From positions 9,974 through 73,973 of the forward strand of contig CAIRDP010000030.1 in assembly GCA_903877385.1 (NCBI GenBank): DNA of 64,000 nt. The letters are read 5' to 3'. Positions 1 through 9,520 of this stretch are shown here, one piece after another. Position numbers and translations under genes: made by a program. The number at the start of each line of letters is the position of its first letter. Positions within the stretch are counted from its first letter, which is position 1. The DNA is from an uncultured Bacteroidales bacterium. GTDB lineage: Bacteria > Bacteroidota > Bacteroidia > Bacteroidales > FEN-979. The notes under the pieces were generated by a model. It was not told where the DNA came from, searched no databases, and worked only from the letters and a program-made list of their open reading frames with translations.

Positions 1-404
1 GGCTAATCTTGAAGAAGAAATTCACAAACAGGCAGACGATAATCAGCAGCGTGCTGCCCAGCATGAAATAGCTGAATAAAACCGAAAGGTTGATCCCTTT
101 TAGAAGATAATAGGTAAGGTAGTAAAACATGGCTATTGTGAGCAGGGGAAGTATCCTTTCTTCACGTTTTTGCATATACAGGGATGAAACCAGCTTAAGC
201 CTGAACAAAAACAACATCATAAGCAGGGGGCCGAAAGCAGTTGTAAGCAGAACAGACCCCAACAAAAAGACAATCTCTTTGGGAGGCAGCAGCCCCACGA
301 AAAAAGAATGGGAATTAAACATCAGCAAAAGAGTGTAAAACGGCATGAGAACCGGGTGAAACACAAAAGAGATAATTGCGGACGGGGAGCTGCCTTTATT
401 CATA
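1..404 (-). CDS. polytopic membrane protein, N-terminal part only (ORF runs off the window start)
   Basis: Absent from the ORF track because it is open at the window edge. My minus-strand translation from the ATG at 404 gives MNKGSSPSAIISFVFHPVLMPFYTLLLMFNSHSFFVGLLPPKEIVFLLGSVLLTTAFGPLLMMLFLF..., with repeated hydrophobic helices. It starts 11 nt after the rpoN stop. Confidence 0.5.
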
Positions 405-415
405 ACCTGGGTTGA

Positions 416-1915
416 TCACAGTTCCTTTCTCAGCCTTGCCACGGGGATTCTTAGCTGTTTCCTGTATTTGGCAATAGTACGGCGGGCGATATTATATCCC
501 TTTTTCTGAAGTATTTCTTCAAGCTCTTCATCGGTCAGCGGAGCCGATTTATTCTCCCCTTCTATGGTATCGAAAAGTATTTTCTTGATTTCCCTGGAGG
601 AGATCTCTTCGCCCATGGCATTCTGCAGGGATTCCGAAAAGAAACTTTTAAGCAGGAAAGTCCCGAAAGGAGTCTGAACATATTTGGAATTTGCAACTCT
701 TGAAACGGTACTGATATCCAGGCCCACCTTGTTGGAGATGTCTTTTAGGATCATAGGCTTGAGCCTTGTCTCATCACCAGTCTGGAAATACTCTTTCTGA
801 TACTCCAGTATGGCTTTCATGGTCACGTAAAGGGTTTCCTGCCTTTGTTTGATGGCATCGATAAAACCCCTTGCCGAGTCAATTTTCTGTTTTATAAAAG
901 TAAGGGCGGCCTTTTCATTGCTGCTGATCTTCTTTTTCTTGTGATTATATCCCTTCAGCATATCCACGTATTCCCTGTTGATCGAAAGTTCAGGGGCATT
1001 CCTGGAGTTCAGGTTCAGTTCAATCTCTCCGTCGTTGATAGTGATCAGGAAATCAGGCACAATATACTGGCTGCTTCTTGCCTCGTCGGTAATGGTAAAA
1101 CCTGGTTTTGGGTTGAGTTTGGTGATCTCCTCAACAGCTTCCTTCAATTCTTCTTCGGTTATATGGGCTTTCTGGAGAATCTTCTCATAATGCTTTTTCG
1201 AAAATTCATCGAAATAATAACGGATGATCACCTCCGCAAGGTCGGTTGCATAGGTCCTGTCGGTTTTGTACTGAAGCTGCAGGAGAAGGCATTCCTGGAG
1301 TGTCCTGGCTGCAATACCGGGAGGGTCGAACCCCTGGACAAGTTTCAGGGCTTCCAAAACCTCAGCTTCAGTAACTTCTATATTGTGGTTGAAGACAAGA
1401 TCGTTGATGAGTGCAGGAATTTCACGGGCCAGGTACCCTGTTTCGTCGAGATTGCCGATGATAGTGGACGCAATGATGAACTCTTTGTCGGGTATCTTCT
1501 GCACGCCCATCTGGGCTAAAAGGTATTCCTGGGAACTCACTCCCGAAACAACCGGGGATTCCCAGGCTTCCTCATCAGGGCTGCGGTTGTTTGATACCAG
1601 TTTGTAATCGGGAATATCATCCAGGTCAAAGTAATCTTCGAAAGAAAATTCATTATCGGCCTTCAGTTCGGTATGTTCATCCTCCTCCTCCGAGAAACTG
1701 TCCTCATCAGCGTCGATGGATTCAGGAGCGGAATCATCCGAGAGTTCATCCATATCGCTCACATCGAGAGCTTCTTCAAGGGCGGGATTGTCCTCAATTT
1801 CCTGTTTAATCCTTTGCTCAAGCGAAATCACGGGCTGCTGCAACAGGCGCATCACCAGCACCTGTTGGGGAGATAGTTTCTGAAGTAGTTTTTGTTGTTG
1901 TCGTTGATGAAGCAT
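416..1915 (-). CDS. rpoN: RNA polymerase sigma-54 factor
   Basis: N-terminal Gln/Leu-rich region I (MLHQRQQQKLLQKLSPQQVLVMRLLQ), an acidic region II, and a C-terminal RpoN box (ARRTIAKYRKQLRIPVARLRK). The start was moved to the ATG at 1915, which gives the canonical N-terminus. Confidence 0.93.
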   Translation of the reverse strand: MLHQRQQQKLLQKLSPQQVLVMRLLQQPVISLEQRIKQEIEDNPALEEALDVSDMDELSDDSAPESIDADEDSFSEEEDEHTELKADNEFSFEDYFDLDDIPDYKLVSNNRSPDEEAWESPVVSGVSSQEYLLAQMGVQKIPDKEFIIASTIIGNLDETGYLAREIPALINDLVFNHNIEVTEAEVLEALKLVQGFDPPGIAARTLQECLLLQLQYKTDRTYATDLAEVIIRYYFDEFSKKHYEKILQKAHITEEELKEAVEEITKLNPKPGFTITDEARSSQYIVPDFLITINDGEIELNLNSRNAPELSINREYVDMLKGYNHKKKKISSNEKAALTFIKQKIDSARGFIDAIKQRQETLYVTMKAILEYQKEYFQTGDETRLKPMILKDISNKVGLDISTVSRVANSKYVQTPFGTFLLKSFFSESLQNAMGEEISSREIKKILFDTIEGENKSAPLTDEELEEILQKKGYNIARRTIAKYRKQLRIPVARLRKEL

Positions 1916-2069
1916 AAGACAAAAATACAAAAATATTATCCCCTTGTACAGAATGGATGGCTTATCGGCAAATAAACTATAAATATCGACTAATTAGGCG
2001 TCTCCGTCTATTATTCACAATCCCTCACTTTTGATTGCCTAATTTCGCAACCTTGAAATATAAAGTATC

Positions 2070-3101
2070 ATGAACACTGACAAACCATTCTGGGTTACTT
2101 TTCTGATCAACTGCGTGATCTGGGTTTTTCTGTTCTTCATTCCGTTCCTCCTGCTGGAACCCCGGGATGGGATAACCCCTTATCTGCAACGGATGGCAAT
2201 GACCTCAGCGCTTACAATCATACTGTATTATATCAACTACCTGTACCTGATACCAAGATACCTGTTTACTCAAAAATTCCTGGCCTACCTGCTTGTAATA
2301 CTTGGAGCACTCGTAATTTCCTGCATTCTCGTTAACCTGTATTTTTATTTTTATGTTTCCGTAGTCCAGAACTGGCACCACCGCCCCGAGCCGTTATTCG
2401 GCCGGGGCATGTGGGTGCCTTTATTTCCCCTGCTCACGGGTATTGCAATCGGGATCAGCATACGGATGGCAAAAGAGTGGGCGAGAACTGAAAAGGAACG
2501 CCGGGAACTCCAGGGTGAGAAACTGCTTTCGGAACTGGCTTTTCTGAAATCGCAGGTTAACCCCCATTTTCTCTTCAACACCCTGAATAATATCTGTTCC
2601 CTTGCCAGGAAAAAATCGGATGATACCGAACCGGCCATCATCAAGCTTTCACAGATCATGAGATATATGATCACCGATTCAACCCTGGAGAAGGTTGGAC
2701 TGGAGGAAGAAGTTGATTACCTGAATAATTTCATCGAACTTCAAAAAATTCGGCTTGCCGACAGGGTTGAAATCAGTTTTGTCATTGAAGGCGGGCTCTC
2801 GTCCATACAAATTGAACCTTTGCTGCTTATCCCGTTTGTTGAAAATGCATTCAAGCACGGGATCAGTTACAACGGAAAGTCAAGGATAAGCATTGACCTC
2901 AGGACAATGCCGGGTGAGTTATCGTTCACGGTTGAAAACTCCAAACCTCCGTCGAGAGATACCCTGAAACTGGAAGAACCGGGTATCGGGCTTAAAAATG
3001 TGAGCCGCCGTCTCGAATTGCTTTACCCGGGCAGGCATCAGCTTGAGATACGTGATTCAGAATCTGTTTACCATGTCATGTTAAAGATACAAATACAATG
3101 A
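2070..3101 (+). CDS. LytS/YehU-type sensor histidine kinase (membrane bound)
   Basis: Hydrophobic N-terminal half, then the His_kinase signature LKSQVNPHFLFNTLNNI and an HATPase-like C-terminus (GIGLKNVSRRLELLYPG). The stop overlaps the downstream response regulator by 4 nt. Confidence 0.85.
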   Translation: MNTDKPFWVTFLINCVIWVFLFFIPFLLLEPRDGITPYLQRMAMTSALTIILYYINYLYLIPRYLFTQKFLAYLLVILGALVISCILVNLYFYFYVSVVQNWHHRPEPLFGRGMWVPLFPLLTGIAIGISIRMAKEWARTEKERRELQGEKLLSELAFLKSQVNPHFLFNTLNNICSLARKKSDDTEPAIIKLSQIMRYMITDSTLEKVGLEEEVDYLNNFIELQKIRLADRVEISFVIEGGLSSIQIEPLLLIPFVENAFKHGISYNGKSRISIDLRTMPGELSFTVENSKPPSRDTLKLEEPGIGLKNVSRRLELLYPGRHQLEIRDSESVYHVMLKIQIQ

Positions 3102-3820
3102 TACGCTGTATAGCAATTGACGATGAGGCCCTTGCACTGGAACTGCTTGAGGATAATATCAGCAAGATACCCTTTCTTGAGCTCTCAGGGAAATTCACAA
3201 ATGCTTTTGATGCGCTTAATCTGATGCAGGAGCAACCTGTTGACCTGCTTTTTCTGGATATCCAGATGCCCGATATCAGCGGTATTCAGTTCCTGAAGAG
3301 CCTTCAGCAAAAACCTGTGGTTATCTTCACGACAGCTTTCTCGAAATACGCGCTTGAAGGATTTGAACTGGATGTGATCGATTATCTCTTAAAGCCGTAT
3401 TCATTTGAGCGCTTTCTGAAATCGGTCAACAAAGCCCATGAGTATCTCGAACTCCAGGGAAAAGCGAAAGATGCACCAAAAGGTCCGACCTTCGGCTCCC
3501 ATTATCTTTTTGTAAGAGCCGATTACAAGCTGGTCAAGATAGCGATCCAGGAGATCCTGTACATCGAAGGGCTTAAAGATTATGTGAAGATCTACTGCGG
3601 GGAAAAGCCCATATTGACCCAGATGAGTATGAAAGCGATAGAGGAAAAGTTGCCCGCCCAGGATTTTATCAGGGTTCACCGCTCTTTTATTGTCGCCTTT
3701 GACAAGATAGATTTCATTCACAAGAGTTTTATCTCGATAAAAGGGAGGGAGATACCATTGAGTGATCATTATAAAGACAACTTTCTTTCTCTTGTTCAGA
3801 AGAACAAGATCATGGAGTAG
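3098..3820 (+). CDS. LytTR-family response regulator
   Basis: Receiver domain (IAIDDE...DLLFLDIQMPDISG...LLKP) followed by a LytTR DNA-binding C-terminus (IRVHRSFIV). Confidence 0.88.
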   Translation: MIRCIAIDDEALALELLEDNISKIPFLELSGKFTNAFDALNLMQEQPVDLLFLDIQMPDISGIQFLKSLQQKPVVIFTTAFSKYALEGFELDVIDYLLKPYSFERFLKSVNKAHEYLELQGKAKDAPKGPTFGSHYLFVRADYKLVKIAIQEILYIEGLKDYVKIYCGEKPILTQMSMKAIEEKLPAQDFIRVHRSFIVAFDKIDFIHKSFISIKGREIPLSDHYKDNFLSLVQKNKIME

Positions 3821-3839
3821 AAGATTAACAAATCATATT

Positions 3840-5183
3840 ATGAAGCGAACTATTTTAATACTAAGTGTTCTGGTTTATTACTCATTTGGGGGATGGGCGC
3901 AAAAAGCGCCATGGACATTCCAGCAGTGTCTCGACACCGCTTTAAAACGTAATATTTCGGTCAACCAGACCATACTTGCAAATGAGCTTAACAAGATAAG
4001 CCTGGAGCAATCCAAAGCCAACCGAATTCCCAGCGTAAGCGCCAGTGTTGGTGAGACGTATAATATAGGAAAAAACGTTGATGCAACAACCAACCAGTTT
4101 GTTATAGGCACATTCCATTCGGGGAACTACGGATTGAATGCCAGTTACAACCTGTTCAACGGATTACAGAACAATAACACAATCAAACAGTACAAGCTGA
4201 ATATTGAAGCCGGCAAATTCAATATCGAAAATGCAAAGAACGCGGTCATCCTCAGTGTTACAACCGGTTACCTTCAGATTTTGCTTGAATACGAGATCCT
4301 GAAAACAACCCAGAACCAGCTGTCGGCCGATTCAATCCAGGTCGACAGGACCCAGAAACAGCTAAACGTTGGAAAGGCTGCCGAAGGCGATTTGCTGCTG
4401 ATCAAGTCACAGCTGGCCACGGATTACCTTTCGTATGTAAATGCCCAGACTCAGCTGGACCTTGGAAGGGTGACCCTGATGCAGCTTATGCAGATCCCGG
4501 TAATTGATAATTTTGATGTGGAGGTCCCGAAATTTGCAGAGCCGGGGCTTGATTTGCTTCTTAGCCAGGACGTGATATACCAGAAAGCCCTGGCCGTCAT
4601 GCCACAGATCCAGGCTGCATCCCTTAATACGTCAAGTTCAAAGATGGCAATAAAGGTAGCGACAGGGGCCAGGTGGCCAAGGCTAACCTTTTCGGGTGGA
4701 CTCAGTTCAAACTATGCCTCCAGCCGTAAACAGGGTACAGCGGTCAACCCCGAGAATTACCCTTGGTATTCACAGGTTTGGGATAACGTAGGACAAGCAT
4801 TAAACCTTGGTTTAAGCATCCCGATTTACAGCAACCGCTCACTGCAAAGCGGGATTGAACGGGCAATAATCAATTCAAAAACTGCTGCCCTCAATGAGCT
4901 CAATACCCAGCAAACGCTGAGGATGAATATTGAACAAACCTATACCAGCCTTAAGGCGGCTGCCAAGTCCTATGAGGCAGGCAAAGTTCAGTTGAGTTCA
5001 ACGGAGATGTCATACCTGAATGCCGAAAAGAAATACAATGTAGGGGTTATGAGCACAACGGATTACCTGATCCAGAAAAACAGCTACATATCATCCTTAT
5101 CTAGCCTGATACAGACAAAATTTAATTTCATTTTTCAGTCTAAGATCCTTGATTTTTACCAGGGTAAAGCTATTACATTTTAA
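3840..5183 (+). CDS. TolC-family outer membrane efflux protein
   Basis: Signal peptide MKRTILILSVLVYYSFGGWAQ, then the typical OMF opening (FQQCLDTALKRNISVNQ) and two repeated coiled halves. The start is set at the internal ATG 3840, because the track ORF start at 3762 overlaps the response regulator. Confidence 0.85.
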   Translation: MKRTILILSVLVYYSFGGWAQKAPWTFQQCLDTALKRNISVNQTILANELNKISLEQSKANRIPSVSASVGETYNIGKNVDATTNQFVIGTFHSGNYGLNASYNLFNGLQNNNTIKQYKLNIEAGKFNIENAKNAVILSVTTGYLQILLEYEILKTTQNQLSADSIQVDRTQKQLNVGKAAEGDLLLIKSQLATDYLSYVNAQTQLDLGRVTLMQLMQIPVIDNFDVEVPKFAEPGLDLLLSQDVIYQKALAVMPQIQAASLNTSSSKMAIKVATGARWPRLTFSGGLSSNYASSRKQGTAVNPENYPWYSQVWDNVGQALNLGLSIPIYSNRSLQSGIERAIINSKTAALNELNTQQTLRMNIEQTYTSLKAAAKSYEAGKVQLSSTEMSYLNAEKKYNVGVMSTTDYLIQKNSYISSLSSLIQTKFNFIFQSKILDFYQGKAITF

Positions 5184-5204
5184 AAATTTAATTCACAGAA
5201 TACA

Positions 5205-6767
5205 ATGAAAAAGACTTATTGGATTATCATAATTGTTGCGGTCCTTGGCCTGCTCGTCGGAGGGTACTTCCTGCTTGGGGGAAAATCAGAAAAGATAATT
5301 GAATTCCGTTCGGGGAAAGTCGAAAAAGGAGACCTGCAGGTTCTTGTAACCGCCACGGGCACTTTAAATCCTGATACAACCGTTGCGGTTGGCACCCAGG
5401 TTTCGGGGATCATCACCAAGATCTATGTGGATTTCAATTCGGTTGTAAAAAAGGGGCAGCGGATCGCTGTGCTTGATACCACCTTCCTTGCCTCTTCTGT
5501 GGAAGATGCAAAATCAAACCTTTTCAGGACGCAGGTTCAGACAAGGCTTACCAAGCGCACCTATGAGCGCAATAAGACGCTTCTGGAGCAAAAAGTGCTG
5601 GCGCAATCTGATTTTGACCAGAGCCAGTCGGATTATGAGACTGCCCAGGCCAATGAGAAATCGGCACAGTCGGCTCTTGACAGGGCTTTGATCAATCTGC
5701 ATTATGCCACGATTGTAGCCCCTGTTTCAGGAGTTGTCATTTCAAGGAATGTGGATATAGGACAGACTGTAGCTTCAAGTTTCAGTACGCCAACCTTATT
5801 TTCGATTGCCAACGACCTGACCAAGATGCAGCTCCAGGCCAGCATTGATGAAGCCGACATCGGCAAGATCAAGGTAGGTCAGGATGTTTCATTTAAGGTG
5901 GATGCATACGTGGACCAGATATTTTCGGGAACCGTATGGCAGATAAGGTTGCAACCGGTATCAGTTTCGAACGTTGTGAACTATACGGTAGTCATCAATG
6001 TGCCGAACGGGGATCTGAAATTAATGCCCGGGATGACGGCAAATCTTACAGTTAAAACACAGGAGGTGCTGAACGTGCTTAAGGTCCCGTCGGCAGCATT
6101 AAGATTCTGGCCCCCCCAGGAATATTTTGACAAGCATTTAAAGGAATATCCCGATTCTATTCAGAAAATGATTGAACGGGCACAAAAAATAATTGCACGC
6201 AGGCAATCGGGCCAAAGTGGAAGTGGAAGCCAGGCAGGTTCAGGAACACCGTCTGGAACCGGCGGGCAGACAGCCGCAAATGCTCAGGCAGGCCAGGGTA
6301 ACCAGCAGGCTTCGGGCGCCCAGGGCAGCTCAGCACAGCCAGGCAGGCAAAACAGCCAGGCAGCATCCGGTGGCCAGCCGGGGATGAGGCGTCCTGAGGG
6401 TGTGGGAGGTCAGTCAACAGCAGGCCGCCAGGCCGGTGCCATGCAGCAACAGGGAACACCCGGCACACAAAACAATGCCCAGGGCCAGAGAAGCTGGGGA
6501 GGACAGGGCGGAAGTTTCAGCCGCCAGAAAATGGGTATGGTTTGGGTAAAACAGGGAAACCTACTCTTTCCCCACAGGGTAAAGACCGGGATCTCCGATA
6601 ACAGTTTTACCGAAGTTGAAGGCTCATTAAACGAAGGCGATGAACTTATCACAGGAGTAGTGAACACGAATCCCGCACAGCAAACAACACAGCAGCAAAA
6701 TCCGTTTGCACCGCAGATGGGCCGTCCGGGCCAGCCTGCAGGAGGTGCCGGAAGAGGAGGCCGTTAA
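5205..6767 (+). CDS. HlyD/MacA-type periplasmic adaptor with a long Gln/Gly/Ser/Ala-rich insertion
   Basis: N-terminal TM anchor, biotinyl-lipoyl and coiled-coil hairpin motifs (GTLNPDTTVAVGTQVSGIITKIYVDFNSVVKKGQ; YATIVAPVSGVV), and a beta-barrel. Roughly 110 aa of low-complexity sequence (SGQSGSGSQAGSG...QGGSFSRQ) sits before the last conserved segment. Confidence 0.85.
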   Translation: MKKTYWIIIIVAVLGLLVGGYFLLGGKSEKIIEFRSGKVEKGDLQVLVTATGTLNPDTTVAVGTQVSGIITKIYVDFNSVVKKGQRIAVLDTTFLASSVEDAKSNLFRTQVQTRLTKRTYERNKTLLEQKVLAQSDFDQSQSDYETAQANEKSAQSALDRALINLHYATIVAPVSGVVISRNVDIGQTVASSFSTPTLFSIANDLTKMQLQASIDEADIGKIKVGQDVSFKVDAYVDQIFSGTVWQIRLQPVSVSNVVNYTVVINVPNGDLKLMPGMTANLTVKTQEVLNVLKVPSAALRFWPPQEYFDKHLKEYPDSIQKMIERAQKIIARRQSGQSGSGSQAGSGTPSGTGGQTAANAQAGQGNQQASGAQGSSAQPGRQNSQAASGGQPGMRRPEGVGGQSTAGRQAGAMQQQGTPGTQNNAQGQRSWGGQGGSFSRQKMGMVWVKQGNLLFPHRVKTGISDNSFTEVEGSLNEGDELITGVVNTNPAQQTTQQQNPFAPQMGRPGQPAGGAGRGGR

Positions 6768-6768
6768 T

Positions 6769-7524
6769 ATGAAAGACACGATTATTTCGGTTAAACACCT
6801 CGTGAAGGTTTATAAAATGGGAGACCTGGAGGTGCACGCTCTGAGAGGGATCGATATGGATGTTCAGAAAAGCGATTTCGTGGCAATAATGGGCAAAAGC
6901 GGATCGGGCAAATCAACTTTTATGAACATCATAGGCTGCCTTGATGTGCCTACCAAAGGGGAATACATGATCGACGACGTGGATGTGAGGAAAATGAATA
7001 AGGACGAGCTTGCCCACCTGAGGAATAAAAAAATAGGGTTTGTGTTCCAGTCGTTCAACCTGCTTTCCCGCACATCTGCCCTCGAAAACGTAGAACTTCC
7101 CCTGATGTATAACAGCAAGATCACCTCAAAGGATATGAGGGAACGTTCTATACGGGCTCTTGAATCAGTGGGGCTTGCCAGCAGGGCCCATCATTTCCCA
7201 AGCCAGCTTTCGGGAGGCGAACAGCAAAGGGTTGCCATTGCCAGGGCGCTTGTGAACGATCCGGTTGTCATACTTGCAGATGAACCCACCGGCAACCTCG
7301 ACACCCGTACCAGCGTTGAAGTGATGAGCATTTTCCAGAAACTGAACACGAATGGGATTACCGTTATCATTGTAACCCATGAACCGGATATAGCAGCCTA
7401 TACCGACAGGAATATTTCGTTCAGGGATGGCAGGATCCAGAAGGACTTTCGGGTGGAAAAGCCAAGGAATGCAGCTGCAGAGCTTTTAACCATGCCAATA
7501 CTTACAGAGGAGGACACCATATGA
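6769..7524 (+). CDS. ABC transporter ATP-binding protein (MacB/LolD-like)
   Basis: Walker [11 protein letters not shown]-loop, ABC signature [15 protein letters not shown] and Walker [12 protein letters not shown]. The start is set at ATG 6769, immediately after the adaptor stop. Confidence 0.92.
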   Translation: MKDTIISVKHLVKVYKMGDLEVHALRGIDMDVQKSDFVAIMGKSGSGKSTFMNIIGCLDVPTKGEYMIDDVDVRKMNKDELAHLRNKKIGFVFQSFNLLSRTSALENVELPLMYNSKITSKDMRERSIRALESVGLASRAHHFPSQLSGGEQQRVAIARALVNDPVVILADEPTGNLDTRTSVEVMSIFQKLNTNGITVIIVTHEPDIAAYTDRNISFRDGRIQKDFRVEKPRNAAAELLTMPILTEEDTI

Positions 7525-8741
7525 AACTTAAAAACCAGTTAAAGGCAGCGTTAAGGTCTTTGGCTAAGAACAAGATGCGTACTTTTCTGACGATGCTTGG
7601 GATCATCATTGGAGTTGGTTCGGTTATTGCCATGCTGGCCATTGGCCAGGGCTCCAAGGAAAGCATACAGAAACAGATAGCCGGACTGGGTACCAACCTC
7701 CTTACGGTTTTTCCTTCGGCAAGTATGACTGGGGGAGTGAGGCTGGAAGCAGGTTCCAGCATTAAATTAACTATCGATGACTACAAATCTCTTTCCAGTC
7801 GCTGCCCGGCAATTATGTATTCCACACCAACCGTCAGGACCAGCGGCCAGCTTATCGCAGGAAGCCAGAACTGGAGGACTTCGGTATGGGGGGTGTACCC
7901 CGATTATTTCAACATCCGAAACCTGGATCTGGAAAAAGGAGCTGTGTTTACCATGATGGACGACCGCACTGCAAGCAAGGTTTGCGTGATCGGGCAAACC
8001 GTGAATAAATACTTGTTCGGCGAAGGCCAGGATCCCACGGGCCGGATGATCAGGATCAATAAAATCCCTTTCCAGGTCGTTGGCCTCATCGTTACAAAAG
8101 GCCAGAATGCTTTTGGCCAGGACCAGGATGACATTGTGATCGCCCCTTTCAATACCGTACAGGTGCGCATGCTCACAGTCCAGAACATCCAGAGTATTAT
8201 GGCATCTGCAACTACCGAAAAAATGATCCCCGAGGCCACGGATGAGATAACCCAGGTTTTAAAAGAAAGGCACAGGCTTGGACCTTCGGAAGATCCCGAT
8301 TTTACTATTCGCACACAGGCAGATATCGCGAGCACAGCCACGGCAACTGCGGGTATCTTAACTGCCCTCCTGGCAAGTATTGCAAGTATTTCCTTACTGG
8401 TTGGAGGGATAGGCATCATGAACATCATGCTGGTATCGGTAACCGAAAGGACTCGTGAAATAGGAATCCGCATGGGTGTGGGCGCAAGAGGCAGGGATGT
8501 GCTGTTACAGTTCCTGATCGAAGCCCTTATGATCAGCCTTATCGGAGGTTTCCTTGGAGCCGGTTTAGGAATTGCCGCCTCAGGCATTATAGCCAAACTT
8601 ATGAGCTGGCCTGTAACCATTACAATTCAGTCCATCGTACTCTCGTTCCTTTTCTCAACGGCAATAGGGATCTTCTTTGGCTGGTACCCGGCCCGCAAAG
8701 CCGCAAGCCTGAATCCCATCGATGCCCTGAGATATGAATAG
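7521..8741 (+). CDS. ABC transporter permease, MacB/FtsX family
   Basis: N-terminal TM segment, a large periplasmic MacB_PCD-like domain, and a C-terminal FtsX 3-TM bundle (GGIGIMNIMLVSVTERTREIGIRMGVGA). Confidence 0.9.
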   Translation: MKLKNQLKAALRSLAKNKMRTFLTMLGIIIGVGSVIAMLAIGQGSKESIQKQIAGLGTNLLTVFPSASMTGGVRLEAGSSIKLTIDDYKSLSSRCPAIMYSTPTVRTSGQLIAGSQNWRTSVWGVYPDYFNIRNLDLEKGAVFTMMDDRTASKVCVIGQTVNKYLFGEGQDPTGRMIRINKIPFQVVGLIVTKGQNAFGQDQDDIVIAPFNTVQVRMLTVQNIQSIMASATTEKMIPEATDEITQVLKERHRLGPSEDPDFTIRTQADIASTATATAGILTALLASIASISLLVGGIGIMNIMLVSVTERTREIGIRMGVGARGRDVLLQFLIEALMISLIGGFLGAGLGIAASGIIAKLMSWPVTITIQSIVLSFLFSTAIGIFFGWYPARKAASLNPIDALRYE

Positions 8742-8749
8742 GCTGCCGA

Positions 8750-9508
8750 TCACTTTCTCCCCGTCAGATCAAGTATCCCGTTGATGAAAGTGAGGGGATG
8801 GGGCGGATTGCCCGGTACGTAAAGGTCGGGCCTGATACGTTCAATGAATTTCCGGTCCAGAGCTGCACTGTCATTAAATATCCCGCTGCTGATTGCAGCC
8901 GTCCCTGCGAGGATTACAATTTTGGGGGAAGGTGTTGCGTCGTAGCAGATCTGCAGGGCTTCGGCCATATTCCCGCTCATAGGACCGCTTATAACCAGCC
9001 CGTCGGCATGCCGGGGAGATGCAACGAATTCTATACCGTAACGCCCCATATCAAAGTTTACATTGCCACAGGCATTGAGTTCCATTTCGGCCGAATTGTC
9101 GCCTCCGGCCGAGACCTGGCGCAGCTTAAGGGCATTATGAAAAAATGACCTGATCTCTTTCCCGGCAGATCCCTGCTCAACAACAACAGGCCTGTCCTCA
9201 CCTGCTTTAACAATAAGGCCTTGCCTGGAATTGCTTGCAATACGGTAGTCGGCGGTAAAGCGGATCTTCCCGGGCAGGGCGAAACTGCATTCCATACAGA
9301 ATTCGCATTTCCCCAAATCAAGCCTGAAAGGGCCGCTTTCGATGGCGCCCGTGGGGCAAAGAGCTTCGGCGATTTTTTCTTCAGCCTGGCTGATATCCCC
9401 GCTGATCACAGGCCGGCCGCGGAATCCCTCAGGCAGCGCTGCCTTTCGCAGGTCCTTGACGTATTGCCGGCCGTGGCGGCGAAAAATGCTTATGATACCT
9501 AGAGCCAT
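8750..9508 (-). CDS. NuoB/HycG-like small subunit fused to a degenerate ferredoxin domain; proximal Fe-S ligands absent
   Basis: The fold markers SPRHADGLVISGP and VPGNPPHP align with HycG SPRHADILLFTG and IPGCPP. The Cys positions read VSAGGDNSAEME (vs VDCGGCNGCEIE), GTAAISSGIF (vs GACGNSGGIF) and PGNPP (vs PGCPP). The N-terminus carries CPTGAI ... CEFCMEC. Confidence 0.8.
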   Translation of the reverse strand: MALGIISIFRRHGRQYVKDLRKAALPEGFRGRPVISGDISQAEEKIAEALCPTGAIESGPFRLDLGKCEFCMECSFALPGKIRFTADYRIASNSRQGLIVKAGEDRPVVVEQGSAGKEIRSFFHNALKLRQVSAGGDNSAEMELNACGNVNFDMGRYGIEFVASPRHADGLVISGPMSGNMAEALQICYDATPSPKIVILAGTAAISSGIFNDSAALDRKFIERIRPDLYVPGNPPHPLTFINGILDLTGRK

Positions 9509-9520
9509 ATATTCCCTTTT

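Noticed and set aside
129-338. 69-aa plus-strand ORF at the window start.
   Set aside because: The opposite strand encodes a convincing polytopic membrane protein that starts at 404 and runs off the window. The plus ORF is its shadow.
845-1519. Long antisense ORFs inside well-supported genes. Examples: 845-1519 in rpoN, 7904-8620 in the MacB permease, 11167-11940 in the HyfF-like gene, 24015-24644 in the RND fusion, 37637-38278 in the tape measure, 44559-45173 in the protease.
   Set aside because: Each lies entirely within, and antisense or out of frame to, an ORF with clear family motifs. Their translations are Arg/Ser/Pro/Gly-rich or otherwise non-protein-like, so they are shadow ORFs.
6157-6667. 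Three overlapping ORFs (6157-6468 minus, 6193-6387 plus, 6410-6667 minus) in the GC-rich part of the adaptor gene.
   Set aside because: They are by-products of the codon-repetitive Gln/Gly/Ala-rich region of the MacA-like gene and have no independent support.
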